A stretch of DNA of 44,140 nt, taken from NCBI GenBank assembly GCA_004356455.1, contig SMWZ01000118.1, positions 1 through 44,140 on the forward strand, read 5' to 3'. Below are positions 1 to 9,375 of this stretch, piece by piece (within the stretch, counting starts at the first letter, position 1; each line of letters starts with the position of its first letter). The translations under genes and the position numbers were made by a program. Below the pieces are notes generated by a model. It saw nothing but the letters and a program-made list of their open reading frames with translations. It was not told the DNA's origin and did not search any database. Source of the stretch: Deltaproteobacteria bacterium (GTDB lineage Bacteria; Myxococcota_A; UBA9160; SZUA-336).

Positions 1-2
1 CG

Positions 3-275
3 CTCTCCATCGGCGTCGGCCTGCACCGCGGCTGGGGCGTCGCGGGACTCGTAGGTAGCCGGGACCTGATGCAATTCGCCTTCGTGGGACGCATCGTGAA
101 TCTCGCTGCCCGCGTTCAAGACCTGACGCGACAGTACCGCGTCGACATCCTGCTGACCGACGCGGTGCGTAAGACGCTGGATCCCCGCTTCAAGCTGCGC
201 GAGCTGCCCGCGACGCCGGTGCGCGGCGTCGCCGAGCCCGTGCTCATCTTCGCGGCGGAGAGCTTCGAGGCTTAG
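3..275 (+). CDS. Class III adenylate/guanylate cyclase, C-terminal part (5'-truncated by window edge)
   Basis: Frame open from nt 3: LSIGVGLHRG..AGLVGS..QFAFVGRIVNLAARVQ matches the cyclase IGxHxG...GxxVNxAxR motifs. Confidence 0.85.
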   Translation, partial: LSIGVGLHRGWGVAGLVGSRDLMQFAFVGRIVNLAARVQDLTRQYRVDILLTDAVRKTLDPRFKLRELPATPVRGVAEPVLIFAAESFEA

Positions 276-330
276 CCCCAGGCTAGCCATCGAGGGGGTG
301 CGGTTCGCTCTTCTCTGAGGTCGGCCCGCC

Positions 331-765
331 TCAGTAGCTTCCGTGGATGTAGCCGCGGAGCGCCTTGATCTCCTGGTCGCGCTCTTCGATCTCAACGAAG
401 AGCAGATCGCGCATCGATAGCATATCGACCACACGGCCGTTCACGACGATCGGGAGGTGGCGGCAGCCTACGCCCGACATCTTCTGGATGGCCGATTGGC
501 GATCTTCATCGGGTGTGGCAGTGATGGGATCGGGGGTCATGACCTCCCGCAGTGTGGTCTTCTCGAGACTTCGCTCCCGAGAGATGACCCGACGCAGCAG
601 ATCGCGCTCGCTGAAGATGCCCACCAGGCGTTCGCCATCGAGAATGGGCACCACCCCCACCCGATGTTCCGCCATCACGGCGACCGCCTGGGCCACGCTC
701 TGATCCGGCGCCAGCAGATGGACCACCGGAGAGCGGCGCTGAAGGATCGAAACCAGGTGTCCCAT
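331..765 (-). CDS. CBS-domain pair protein
   Basis: Two CBS repeats (LVGIFSERD; VMTPDPIT; CRHLPIV...MLSMRDL). Confidence 0.9.
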   Translation of the reverse strand: MGHLVSILQRRSPVVHLLAPDQSVAQAVAVMAEHRVGVVPILDGERLVGIFSERDLLRRVISRERSLEKTTLREVMTPDPITATPDEDRQSAIQKMSGVGCRHLPIVVNGRVVDMLSMRDLLFVEIEERDQEIKALRGYIHGSY

Positions 766-963
766 GCGTTCCTCCCTCTTCCCCCCGAACGCCTAGATTC
801 TCTCACCTGTCAGGCCGGTCGACAAGGGGATGCGTCGAAACTCCGGCGAACCCGCACCTCTTCCTCTAAGCGGTCGGAATCCGAGCCGAATCCAATGTCG
901 AGCTGCTAGAATTCACACCTGCTTGGCGGCCGCGAGCCGCGTTCCCAAGAGGAGACCCGAAGC

Positions 964-1284
964 GTGTCCCCTTCCGAGTCACCTATTGCCTGCGTGCTGG
1001 CTGCACTGGATCCTGATCAGCGCCAGAGGCATCAACGTCTGGTCGGAGAGCTGCGCAAGGCCGTGAGCGGCGTGACCGAGCTGAGCGACGGCTTCGCGTT
1101 CCGGCTGCGCGATGACGATACGACGTGGATGAACACGGCGGAGTTCATCACGCTGGAGCGTCGCTGCTGCCCGTTCCTGAGCTTCAGCCTCGACTCGGAG
1201 CGCGAGCAGGGTTCTTATTCCATTCGCATCACCGGGCGGCCGGGCGTGAAGGAGTTTCTGAGGGACGCGTATAAGCTCGGTTAG
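964..1284 (+). CDS. Conserved hypothetical protein with ACxL...ERRCCPF motif (possible metal/thiol-related)
   Basis: PIACVL N-terminus, DGFAFRL and ERRCCPFLSF pattern typical of a widespread small family; GTG start. Confidence 0.7.
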   Translation: MSPSESPIACVLAALDPDQRQRHQRLVGELRKAVSGVTELSDGFAFRLRDDDTTWMNTAEFITLERRCCPFLSFSLDSEREQGSYSIRITGRPGVKEFLRDAYKLG

Positions 1285-1310
1285 GAGGCGTCGCTCAACA
1301 TCGGAGGCAG

Positions 1311-1658
1311 ATGATGGCACTCTTCGAGAGCCGTGGCATCGACCACGTAGGTATTCGCTACCGCGAGCTGCAGCCGGCCCTGGCCTGGTTTCGCGATACG
1401 CTGGGGCTGAAGATCGACCACGAGACCCCGCGGATGGCGTTCGTGCGGGTCGGCAACGACGGCACCCACCTGGCGCTGTTTCAAGCCGAGGGCGACGAGC
1501 AGCCGAGGCAGCCGCACCACGTGGCGCTGCGCGTGCCCGACGTCGCCGCGGCGGTGGAGGCGCTGCGCAGCGCCGGAGTCCCGCTGAGACCGGCGGGGCC
1601 CAATCAGGCCTTCGAGGACCCGGAGGGCAACGTCTTCCACTTCATGCCCGCGAAGTAG
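1311..1658 (+). CDS. VOC/glyoxalase family protein
   Basis: IDHVGI...FRDTLGL...HHVALRV...EDPEGNVFHF; RBS GGAGG upstream. Confidence 0.85.
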   Translation: MMALFESRGIDHVGIRYRELQPALAWFRDTLGLKIDHETPRMAFVRVGNDGTHLALFQAEGDEQPRQPHHVALRVPDVAAAVEALRSAGVPLRPAGPNQAFEDPEGNVFHFMPAK

Positions 1659-2393
1659 TCAATCCTTGCCGCCCCGGCTGGCGAAGCGGACGTTCGCAAA
1701 GTAGGCCCTGGCCTTCTGGCACGAATCATCGCTGTCCGTCATGAGGGCAACGGCCTGGAGACGCGGGGGCTCCCCGAAGTTCGCCCGATAGTCCGTCAAC
1801 ACATCGACCTCCTCCTGCCGCCAGGCTCCCCAGGGGCCAGCCCCACGCGAGATCATCTTGGATCGCTTCGTGTACGGATTGTCCCAGGTGGCGCCTGCGG
1901 GCTCTCGGCTCGACCATACATAGTTGAGTGCGTTCCCCGGTAGGTCGACGCCGAACACGGCGCGCGCGGTGCGCCGCCGCAGCCGCTCCCAGGTCGACGA
2001 GCGCTCCGGCTCGAACTCGAAGAGCACATATACGCGGGCCGCAAAATCGTCACCGGCCTTGACGCGGTGATCGTCAACCTCGAATCCGCGCTCGACCTTC
2101 CACTCCCAGCGCAGAACGGGCGTCTGCTCGAGATCGATTTCGGCGAGCTGAAAGACCAGCGCCGATGCCGCGCAATGGCTCTCAGCACGCACCGCATCGC
2201 GCTCGTCGACCGTAAGGGGCGTGTAGCGCGTGTGTTGGGAGATCCTAGGGAAGGTGAGCGACTCCCATCCGTCCCTCCCCGGCGCCGGCAGCCGCACCTC
2301 TACCGGCTCGTCCGCCTTCCCCGGAACGCCCTGCAGCAACCACACGCATCCCAAGATCAATGCCATCGCGCAGCGGGTCCGACTCGGCATCAT
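1659..2393 (-). CDS. DUF3047 family secreted protein
   Basis: Signal peptide; TPVLRWEWKV, GDDFAARVYV, LNYVW, LMTDSDD motifs; overlaps upstream permease stop. Confidence 0.8.
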   Translation of the reverse strand: MMPSRTRCAMALILGCVWLLQGVPGKADEPVEVRLPAPGRDGWESLTFPRISQHTRYTPLTVDERDAVRAESHCAASALVFQLAEIDLEQTPVLRWEWKVERGFEVDDHRVKAGDDFAARVYVLFEFEPERSSTWERLRRRTARAVFGVDLPGNALNYVWSSREPAGATWDNPYTKRSKMISRGAGPWGAWRQEEVDVLTDYRANFGEPPRLQAVALMTDSDDSCQKARAYFANVRFASRGGKD

Positions 2394-3937
2394 CTCAAGC
2401 GCTCCAGGAGCGCGCGGGCCACCTGGCGGGGAGCCCGTCCCTCCCCATCTACCTCGAGATTAAGCCGCTGCATGGCGCTCTCATCGAGCACCCCCTCCAG
2501 CTCCCGCAACACGGGAACGAGCCCGGCGTGCTCCCGTGCCGCCCGTGATCCGACCAGAATCAGGGCATCATACGGCGGGATCACCCCAAGATCGTCTTCG
2601 AGCACGCGTAGCCCGAAGGCTACGATGCGTCCATCGGTCGAGAAGGCGCTGATGACGTCGACCTCCCCCGCGGCCGCGGCCTGGTACATGAGCGAGGAAT
2701 CCATGCTTCGCTCGCTGCGGAAGGCGAAGCCGTATGCCTCGCGCAGCGCGCTCCACTCCGGACGAGCGAAGAACTCGTAGTCCCCGCCGATCTCGAGCGA
2801 GCTTGAAAGCGGGGCGAGATCGCTCAGCGTCTCGACCGCCAGCCGCTCTGCCTGGTCCTCCCGCAGCGCCAGGGCGTAGCGGTTCTCGAATCCGAGCGCC
2901 GCGGCCAGAACGATCCCGTGTTCGCGTAGCAGAAATTCTTCGACCTCCGCCAGTACCGCCGCTCGGCTTCCGGGCGCACTCTTTCGCTTCATGATCGTGG
3001 CCCAGATCGTCCCCGAGTAATCGACGTAGACATCGACCTCGCCCCCCTTCAGCGCTTCGAAGAGGACGGTGGAGCCCAGGGATTGCACGGCGCGCGAATG
3101 CAGTCCCGTTTCGCGCTGGACCCAGCCAGCAATGAGCTCGCTCAGGATGTATTGCTCGGTAAAGGTCTTCGAACCGATCGTGATCTCCGGACCCGCCGCC
3201 CGGACCCGCGCCCAGACAAAAGAACCCACGGTAAAGAGGTAGAGCGCGGCGAGCACACCAGCGGCAAACGCGATGCGCCCACGTCGCCGCTCGCGCACAC
3301 CCAGCTCGAGTGAGCGGGTGATCTGGTCGACCAGGATCGCCAGCAGTGCGGCCGCGATGCTTCCCACGCAGACCGCCGCGAAGTTCCGGGTCTGTAGTCC
3401 GCTGAAGATGTAGTTCCCCAGACTGGTAGCCCCCACGGGGGTGGAGAGGGTCGTCATCCCGATCACCCAGACCGTGGCCGTGCGGACTCCCGCCACGATC
3501 ACCGGCAACGCCAGGGGCAGTTGCACCCGGAGCAGCCGTTGCCGATCCGTCATCCCCACACCCCGTGCGGCCTCGTTGAGCGCGGGATCAACGCCCTCGA
3601 TGCCTGCAACCGTGGTCTGCAGGATGGGGAGCATGCTGTAGAGGGTGAGAGCAATCAGGGCGGGCAGGTAGCCGATGCTCCGCAGCTCGAAGCCCAAGGT
3701 GGATGAGGTGAAGTGGCCCAGGACCGCGAGCATGGGCACCATCAGGGCGAGGAGCGCGAGGCTGGGAATAGTCTGAATCACTCCCGCCACGCCCAGCGCG
3801 AGCTGGCCCAGCCTCTTGCGGCGGGTGATCCAGACCCCGAGCGGAACGCTCAGCGTGGTGCCGATCAGCAACGCCATCAGCGAGAGCTGAAGATGCGCCG
3901 TCAGGTAGGTCGGGAGCAGCGCCAGCTGCTCGTTCAT
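2390..3937 (-). CDS. Osmoprotectant (glycine betaine/choline/ergothioneine-type) ABC transporter, fused permease + substrate-binding protein
   Basis: QTIPSLALL, EAARGVGM loop; C-terminal OpuAC-type SBP (GSKTFTEQ, YVDYSGT, STDG, PPYD). Confidence 0.9.
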   Translation of the reverse strand: MNEQLALLPTYLTAHLQLSLMALLIGTTLSVPLGVWITRRKRLGQLALGVAGVIQTIPSLALLALMVPMLAVLGHFTSSTLGFELRSIGYLPALIALTLYSMLPILQTTVAGIEGVDPALNEAARGVGMTDRQRLLRVQLPLALPVIVAGVRTATVWVIGMTTLSTPVGATSLGNYIFSGLQTRNFAAVCVGSIAAALLAILVDQITRSLELGVRERRRGRIAFAAGVLAALYLFTVGSFVWARVRAAGPEITIGSKTFTEQYILSELIAGWVQRETGLHSRAVQSLGSTVLFEALKGGEVDVYVDYSGTIWATIMKRKSAPGSRAAVLAEVEEFLLREHGIVLAAALGFENRYALALREDQAERLAVETLSDLAPLSSSLEIGGDYEFFARPEWSALREAYGFAFRSERSMDSSLMYQAAAAGEVDVISAFSTDGRIVAFGLRVLEDDLGVIPPYDALILVGSRAAREHAGLVPVLRELEGVLDESAMQRLNLEVDGEGRAPRQVARALLERLR

Positions 3938-4710
3938 TGCTCGCTGCCGCCCGTCGCGCGCAGCAAGGCCTCGACCTGCTCCGCCTGGCGACGGGGAGTC
4001 TCCATCAGGCCCGCCACGACCTCGTCCGCGGGCTCACGCAGCAGCTGGCCAGGGCGACCGACCTGCAGCAGGCGACCCTGATCCATGACCGCGATTCGGT
4101 CCCCGAGCAAGAGCGCTTCCACCATATCGTGCGTCACGAAAATGGTCGTCACGTGCAGCTCGGCGCGGATGGTCTGAAACCGCTGCTGCAGGCGATCACG
4201 CGTCGGCGGATCGAGGGAGCCGAACGGCTCGTCCATGAGCAGTACCTCGGGCTCGGCGGCCAACGCGCGCGCGATGCCCACGCGCTGCTGCTGCCCACCG
4301 GAGAGCTGGTGGGGAAACCGCTCGCGGTAATCTCGGGGCTCCAGCTCGACCAGCTCCAGCAGCGCGTCCACCCGGCTACAAACGCGTGCATCGTCCCAGT
4401 CCAGAAGCCTGGGCGTGATCGCAACGTTCTCGGCCACGGTCATGTGGGGGAAGAGCCCGATCTGCTGGAAGCAGTACCCGATGCGGCGCCGCAGCGCCGC
4501 CAAAGGAAGCTCCGCCGCATCGCGGCCACGGATCGACACGCGTCCAGCGCTCGGCTCCACCAGGCGGTTCACCATCTTGAGCGTCGTGGTCTTGCCGCAG
4601 CCCGAAGCGCCGATCAGGACCAGGAGCTCGCCCTCAGCGACCTCTAGAGAGAGATCCTCGACGGCCAGCGTGGACCCATAGCGCTTCGTGAGATGCTGGA
4701 GCTGGATCAC
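3934..4710 (-). CDS. Osmoprotectant ABC transporter ATP-binding subunit (OpuA/ProV-like)
   Basis: Walker [29 protein letters not shown]; GTG start at 4710 preferred over 4788. Confidence 0.9.
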   Translation of the reverse strand: MIQLQHLTKRYGSTLAVEDLSLEVAEGELLVLIGASGCGKTTTLKMVNRLVEPSAGRVSIRGRDAAELPLAALRRRIGYCFQQIGLFPHMTVAENVAITPRLLDWDDARVCSRVDALLELVELEPRDYRERFPHQLSGGQQQRVGIARALAAEPEVLLMDEPFGSLDPPTRDRLQQRFQTIRAELHVTTIFVTHDMVEALLLGDRIAVMDQGRLLQVGRPGQLLREPADEVVAGLMETPRRQAEQVEALLRATGGSEQ

Positions 4711-4824
4711 GTCGTGCAGTCTGCCACACTCCACCCTCGAGTGGCCCTCGGCGGCTTTGGCACTACTGGCAGCACGCGGACGTCTCACACCTCACTTGGT
4801 TGATCCGCTTCTGAAGCTTCTGCG

Positions 4825-5739
4825 CTACCGCACCTCGCGCAGAGGCAGGTGGGGATAGCGCGCCTGGAGCATGCGACGCATGCCGTCCTTCCACGGTACC
4901 CTGGTTCGGCCCAGCACCTCATGCATCAGGCTCACGTCCGGCCGAAGCGGTGTATACGCGTCCTCCGTGTACACGAATTTGGGCTCGATCCCGACGAGCT
5001 TCCCCATATACTCGCAGTACTCTTCCGCGCTGACGGACTCGCTGCCGGCCCAGTTCACGACCAGTGGAGGCGTCCTGGCCGCGAGCATCGCCCTGATTCC
5101 CAGCTCCACGTAGTCGTCTTCGTAGATCGGGTTGAAATAGTTCGGTTTATCCGGATGCAGCCTGATCGCGCGGCCGTTGATGAGCGCGTCGAGCCGATCG
5201 GCGGGCGCGCCACCGGTAGGGCCATAGGTCGAGCAGATGCGGATAATGGAGGTGGGGATTTCCCAGCTGCGCGCGACAAAGGTTACGACCGACTCGGCGG
5301 CGATCTTGGAGAGGCTGTAGGCGCCGATGTGTACACCAGGTGGGTCGCTCTCCTTGAGCGGTCGCGGCCCCTGGTAGCGATAGACGGATCCCGTCGAGCA
5401 GTGCACGAATCCCTTCGCCGCTCGACAGTGCTGCATGAGCCTTCCCGTGCCCTGGACATTGGCATCGAACATGTAGCGCCAGTCCCTCTCACCCTCCTCT
5501 CCGAAGACCGCTCCAGCGTGGAACACGTAGCCGAAGTCTTGCGGGAGATCGCCGAAGTCGTCCCGGCTCAGGTCCTTCTGAACGCAGGTGATGCCCAGCG
5601 CCTCGAGCCTGGCGCGATTGGCCGGGTCACCGAAGCGGGCCAGTCCATAAACCTCATTCTCCCTGGCCAGCGCCCGAGCGATGGGAAAGGCCACGCGTCC
5701 CGCGGCCCCGGTGATGAGGATTTTCTCGCCTGCCAGCAT
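4825..5739 (-). CDS. NAD-dependent epimerase/dehydratase (extended SDR)
   Basis: ILITGAAG, YSLSK (YxxxK), STYGP; RBS GGAGGGAG. Confidence 0.85.
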   Translation of the reverse strand: MLAGEKILITGAAGRVAFPIARALARENEVYGLARFGDPANRARLEALGITCVQKDLSRDDFGDLPQDFGYVFHAGAVFGEEGERDWRYMFDANVQGTGRLMQHCRAAKGFVHCSTGSVYRYQGPRPLKESDPPGVHIGAYSLSKIAAESVVTFVARSWEIPTSIIRICSTYGPTGGAPADRLDALINGRAIRLHPDKPNYFNPIYEDDYVELGIRAMLAARTPPLVVNWAGSESVSAEEYCEYMGKLVGIEPKFVYTEDAYTPLRPDVSLMHEVLGRTRVPWKDGMRRMLQARYPHLPLREVR

Positions 5740-6041
5740 GGCTCCCTCCTACGCCACAGCGGGTCCCCCAGGGTATCAACCCGCGACCCGAGCCGGTGAG
5801 CCCGCGAAGAGATCTAGGGGGTGGGACGGGACACGTTGCTAAAGCTGATCTCGACGTCCTGACGATCCGCTTCGGTCGCCTTGAAGTACTCCCGATCGCT
5901 CAGGCTCAGCCCCACCGAACCCATAGGCATGGAGCGAACGGTGCACGTCGGTCTCCTGGTCAGCTCGCTGAAGAGACGCACGCTCCGAAGCCAGTCGGCG
6001 GATGCTAGACTCGGCGGCACTCGTCAGCGCAGGAGAAAGGC

Positions 6042-6968
6042 ATGCCCCTCGATCCCCAGGCCAAGGCCATCCTTGACCGTTTCAGCGTCGGCGCGCTCCC
6101 GGAGCTATCAACACTGGAACCCACAGTTATGCGTCAGATGTATGCAGCCATGCCGCAGCCGGCGTCTGTTGAGACCGTGGCCCGGGTGGAGGACCGCAGG
6201 ATCCCGGGTCCGAAACGCGAGATCCCGGTCCGCATCTACACACCGGAGGGGAGCGGTCCCTTCCCCGCGCTCGTATTCTTTCATGGGGGCTGCTTCGTGT
6301 TCGGGGGACTCGAGACCCACGACGGTACCTGTCGAGCGCTCACCAACGCTGCCGGCTCCATCGTGATCTCGGTCGACTACGCGCTCGCACCCGAGGAGAA
6401 GTTCCCGGCCGCACCCGAGGAGTGCTACGCAGCCCTGCGCTGGGTCGCGGATGCCGGCCACGAGTTCAACGTCGACCCCAGGCGCCTGGCCGTCGGTGGC
6501 GACAGTGCAGGAGGGAACCTGGCCGCCGTCGTCGCGTTGATGGCGCGGGACCGCGGCGGTCCGTCCCTGGCTCATCAGCTCCTCATTTACCCAGTCACCA
6601 ACCACGCTTTCGATACCGCGTCCTACGTCGAAAACGCCAGCGGCTACCTGCTCACGCGCGACATGATGATTTGGGCCTGGAAGCATTACCTGGCAGACGA
6701 GCAGGATGGCCGGAACCCGTTGGCCTCACCGCTACGCGCGGACGACCTCTCGGGGCTCCCGCCCGCGCTCGTCATCACCGCCGAGTTCGATCCCCTACGC
6801 GATGAGGGTGAAGCCTATGCCGCCCGACTGCGCGAGGTAAGCGTGCCCACGCGCTGCACACGTTACGACGGGATGTTCCACGGCTTCTTCTCTATGGGCG
6901 AAGGCATCGACAAAACCAAAGAGGCCATGGCCGAGGCGGGCCAGGCGCTTCGGGCCGCATTCGGCTGA
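6042..6968 (+). CDS. Alpha/beta hydrolase, HSL-family esterase/lipase
   Basis: HGGCF, GDSAGG nucleophile motif, DPLRDEG, HGF. Confidence 0.92.
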   Translation: MPLDPQAKAILDRFSVGALPELSTLEPTVMRQMYAAMPQPASVETVARVEDRRIPGPKREIPVRIYTPEGSGPFPALVFFHGGCFVFGGLETHDGTCRALTNAAGSIVISVDYALAPEEKFPAAPEECYAALRWVADAGHEFNVDPRRLAVGGDSAGGNLAAVVALMARDRGGPSLAHQLLIYPVTNHAFDTASYVENASGYLLTRDMMIWAWKHYLADEQDGRNPLASPLRADDLSGLPPALVITAEFDPLRDEGEAYAARLREVSVPTRCTRYDGMFHGFFSMGEGIDKTKEAMAEAGQALRAAFG

Positions 6969-6974
6969 GCTGTA

Positions 6975-7094
6975 CTAGCGCGTTATCGGCGAGCTGAGCT
7001 CGACTGCGCGCACTTCGCTCGGCTTCGCCTCGCTGCGCCGCCCCTGCCGGGCTTGCAAGTGCGCGTTATCGGCGAGCTGAGCTCGACTGCGCGC
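6975..7094 (+). repeat. CTAG-anchored REP-like element with an exact 34-bp direct repeat
   Basis: gcgcgttatcggcgagctgagctcgactgcgcgc at 6978-7011 and 7061-7094; relatives at 8105-8170, 22498-22668 and 43985-44046. Confidence 0.8.
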
Positions 7095-7121
7095 GGATCG
7101 GGCGAAGCTTGAGTCGCCCTC

Positions 7122-7502
7122 CTAGCCGCGGCGGTGCTTTCGGGCCAGGTCCTCGTCTAGAGCGTCGCCGTTCTCACGGTTGAGGATCATCAACCGATCC
7201 AGATGATCGAAGGCCTCAGGACTCATGCCGGTGAACTCGATGGCCGTCCCGCGCCCCGTCTCCAGGCGCACCACCCGGCCGTAAGTCTCCAGCTTCGGTC
7301 CGTCCGGGTTGTAATCGAGGCAGATTTCCATCGCACAGACGTCGCCGGAGCGCAGGCAGTCATCCACCTCCACGAAGATTCCGCCCAGGCCAAGGTCGCG
7401 CACAGGACACGAGAGGACTCCTCGGTCGGGATTGGAGATCTTCGCCGTCATGGGGATGCGGACGCGTTCAAACTCACGTGACTGCGAGTAGGTCGGTGCC
7501 AT
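7122..7502 (-). CDS. PilZ-domain protein (c-di-GMP receptor)
   Basis: RxxxR (REFER) and DxxxGG (DLGLGG) motifs, GRVVR...AIEF; ATG at 7502 preferred. Confidence 0.85.
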   Translation of the reverse strand: MAPTYSQSREFERVRIPMTAKISNPDRGVLSCPVRDLGLGGIFVEVDDCLRSGDVCAMEICLDYNPDGPKLETYGRVVRLETGRGTAIEFTGMSPEAFDHLDRLMILNRENGDALDEDLARKHRRG

Positions 7503-7515
7503 GGTGATCGCCCCT

Positions 7516-7544
7516 TCATCGGCCGGGGGCGCCCGCGCCTTCAG
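7516..7544 (-). promoter_or_regulatory. Putative sigma28/FliA-type promoter of the PilZ gene
   Basis: Minus strand CTGAAG-N15-GCCGATGA versus consensus TAAA-N15-GCCGATAA. Confidence 0.45.
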
Positions 7545-7654
7545 CCCTACGGCCCCTCCAGCGCGAACTTCTTCAGGTTCCGGGTAGCGGGCGAGCCAGG
7601 CTCGGGTCCTCCTCCACACGCCTGGCGATATGGTCCGCAATGGCCCTTCCTTTC

Positions 7655-8074
7655 TCAAGCGCTCAGATCTTGCGCGAGCTCGATCAGGTATCCATCCGGA
7701 TCCCGCACATACGCCGTACGCTGTCCCCAGTGCCGATCGGTCGGGGGTATGACGGCGGGTGCACCTTGCTTCAAGAGAGCAGAGAATGCTGCGTCCACAT
7801 CGCTCACCTTAAAGCCCAGCTCGAACCCGGGCGCGTTCTGCGCTGGGGCTCGCAGCGCTAATCCCAGCGTCTCTGCCATAGCCGCGCGCTCGTAGAGCGC
7901 GAGCCGTGTGGTACCGGTATTGAGCTGTGCGTAGGGACCGGAGCGATGACCGAGGGATAGACCCAGGACTTCGACGTAGAAATCCAACGCACGATCGAGC
8001 TGCTCGACGATCAGAACCACATAGTGGGGCCGCGCATCCATGAGGATGAGTTGCTTTTCCTGAAGCGCCGTCAT
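7655..8074 (-). CDS. VOC/glyoxalase family protein
   Basis: FYVEVLGL, FELGFKVSDVD, PPTDRHWGQRTAYVRDPDG. Confidence 0.88.
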   Translation of the reverse strand: MTALQEKQLILMDARPHYVVLIVEQLDRALDFYVEVLGLSLGHRSGPYAQLNTGTTRLALYERAAMAETLGLALRAPAQNAPGFELGFKVSDVDAAFSALLKQGAPAVIPPTDRHWGQRTAYVRDPDGYLIELAQDLSA

Positions 8075-8104
8075 TTAATTTTCCCTTTCTCCGAATTCGC
8101 TGGT

Positions 8105-8170
8105 CCGCGCAGCGAGGCAAAGCCGGGCGTAGTGCACGCAGGCGAGCGGAGCTCGCCGATAACGCACTAG
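8105..8170 (-). repeat. CTAG-anchored REP-like element, inverted relative to the 6975 copy
   Basis: Reverse complement CTAGTGCGTTATCGGCGAGCTCCGCTCGCCTGCGTGCACTACGCCCGGCTTTGCCTCGCTGCGC aligns end to end with 6975-7040; its CTAG supplies the P450 stop. Confidence 0.8.
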
Positions 8171-9375
8171 GACCGCCCCACCAGCTTCAGCGGCAGCTTC
8201 GTAAAGCCTCGAAAGACGGGGCTCGGGTGCAGCGGAAGAGGCTCATCGTCCAACCGCCGAAAGCTCTCGGTCCGCTCCAGCAGCACACGTAGCGCCGTCT
8301 GCGCCTCGAGGCGCGCCAGGTTCGCACCCAGGCAGTAGTGGGGTCCGAAGCCGAACGCCAGATGGCGGTTCGACGGACGCGTCAGCTGGAAGCGGTCGGG
8401 CTCCTCGAAGACCGTCTCGTCCCGGTTGGCCGAGCCCAGCCAGCAGATCACCACCCGGCCCTTCTCGATCTTGCAGCCCTTCAGCTCGACGGACCGCATG
8501 GCCCGACGTGGGTCAAACTGGACGGGCGAGGCGAAGCGCAGCACCTCTTCGATTGCTCCCGAGATGAGCTCCGGCTGCCGCCGGAGCTGCGCGAGCTGCT
8601 CGGGATGCTCCAAGAGCTCGATCACGGCGTTCCCGATCAGCGTCGTGGTGGTTTCGTTTCCCGCTACCAGCAACAGGACCAGCATCTGCAGCATCTCATT
8701 GAAGGAGAGCTTCGAACCCTCGAGCTCCGCCGCCACGAGACCACTCAAGAGATCCTCGCGTGGCTCCGCGCGCCGCCGCTCTACGAGCTCCGAAAAGTAG
8801 GAGCGCATCTCCTCGATCACGCCGATCTGCGCCTCGATGGAGCGTGAGCCCGGAGCTCCCTGCATGAGACCCACACCGAGCGTTGCGATCAGGGCCTCGG
8901 ACCACTTCTTGAAATGCTCCCGGTCCTCGAGCGGAATCCCGATGATCTCCGCGATCACGACCATGGGCAGCGGATGCGTCAAGGCATCGACCAGATCCAC
9001 CTCCCTGCGCCGAACGGCGGCGCCAACGAGCTCCTGTGCGATTTGCTCGATGCGCGGCTCAAGCCGCGAGATCATGCGAGGCGTGAACGCCTGACTCACC
9101 AGATTCCGTAGGCGCGTGTGCTCGGGTGGATCCTGGGCCAGCATGCTCCGCGGTAGATCGCGCCGCGCGTCCAGCTCCGCGGGAACCGGAAACACCGAGG
9201 ACCAGGTCTCGGGATCCTTGAGAATCTCGACGATATCGTCGTACCCGAAGACCGAAGCGATGGGCAAGTCAGCGTGCAGCATGACGGGGCTCTCACGTCG
9301 GCCTCGGGCGTAGATCGGGAACGGGTTCCTGCGGAACTGCGGATCGAACGGCTTGAAGGAGAGCGGAGCGCTCAT
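8167..9375 (-). CDS. Cytochrome P450
   Basis: DPPEHTRLR, AGNETT (I-helix), EEVLR (ExxR), FGFGPHYCLG heme motif. Confidence 0.96.
   Translation of the reverse strand: MSAPLSFKPFDPQFRRNPFPIYARGRRESPVMLHADLPIASVFGYDDIVEILKDPETWSSVFPVPAELDARRDLPRSMLAQDPPEHTRLRNLVSQAFTPRMISRLEPRIEQIAQELVGAAVRRREVDLVDALTHPLPMVVIAEIIGIPLEDREHFKKWSEALIATLGVGLMQGAPGSRSIEAQIGVIEEMRSYFSELVERRRAEPREDLLSGLVAAELEGSKLSFNEMLQMLVLLLVAGNETTTTLIGNAVIELLEHPEQLAQLRRQPELISGAIEEVLRFASPVQFDPRRAMRSVELKGCKIEKGRVVICWLGSANRDETVFEEPDRFQLTRPSNRHLAFGFGPHYCLGANLARLEAQTALRVLLERTESFRRLDDEPLPLHPSPVFRGFTKLPLKLVGRS

Noticed and set aside
6978-7094. Two exact 34-bp repeats 49 bp apart as a mini-CRISPR
   Set aside because: Only two units, no cas genes, and the same sequence family recurs at other intergenic sites in both orientations, so REP-like
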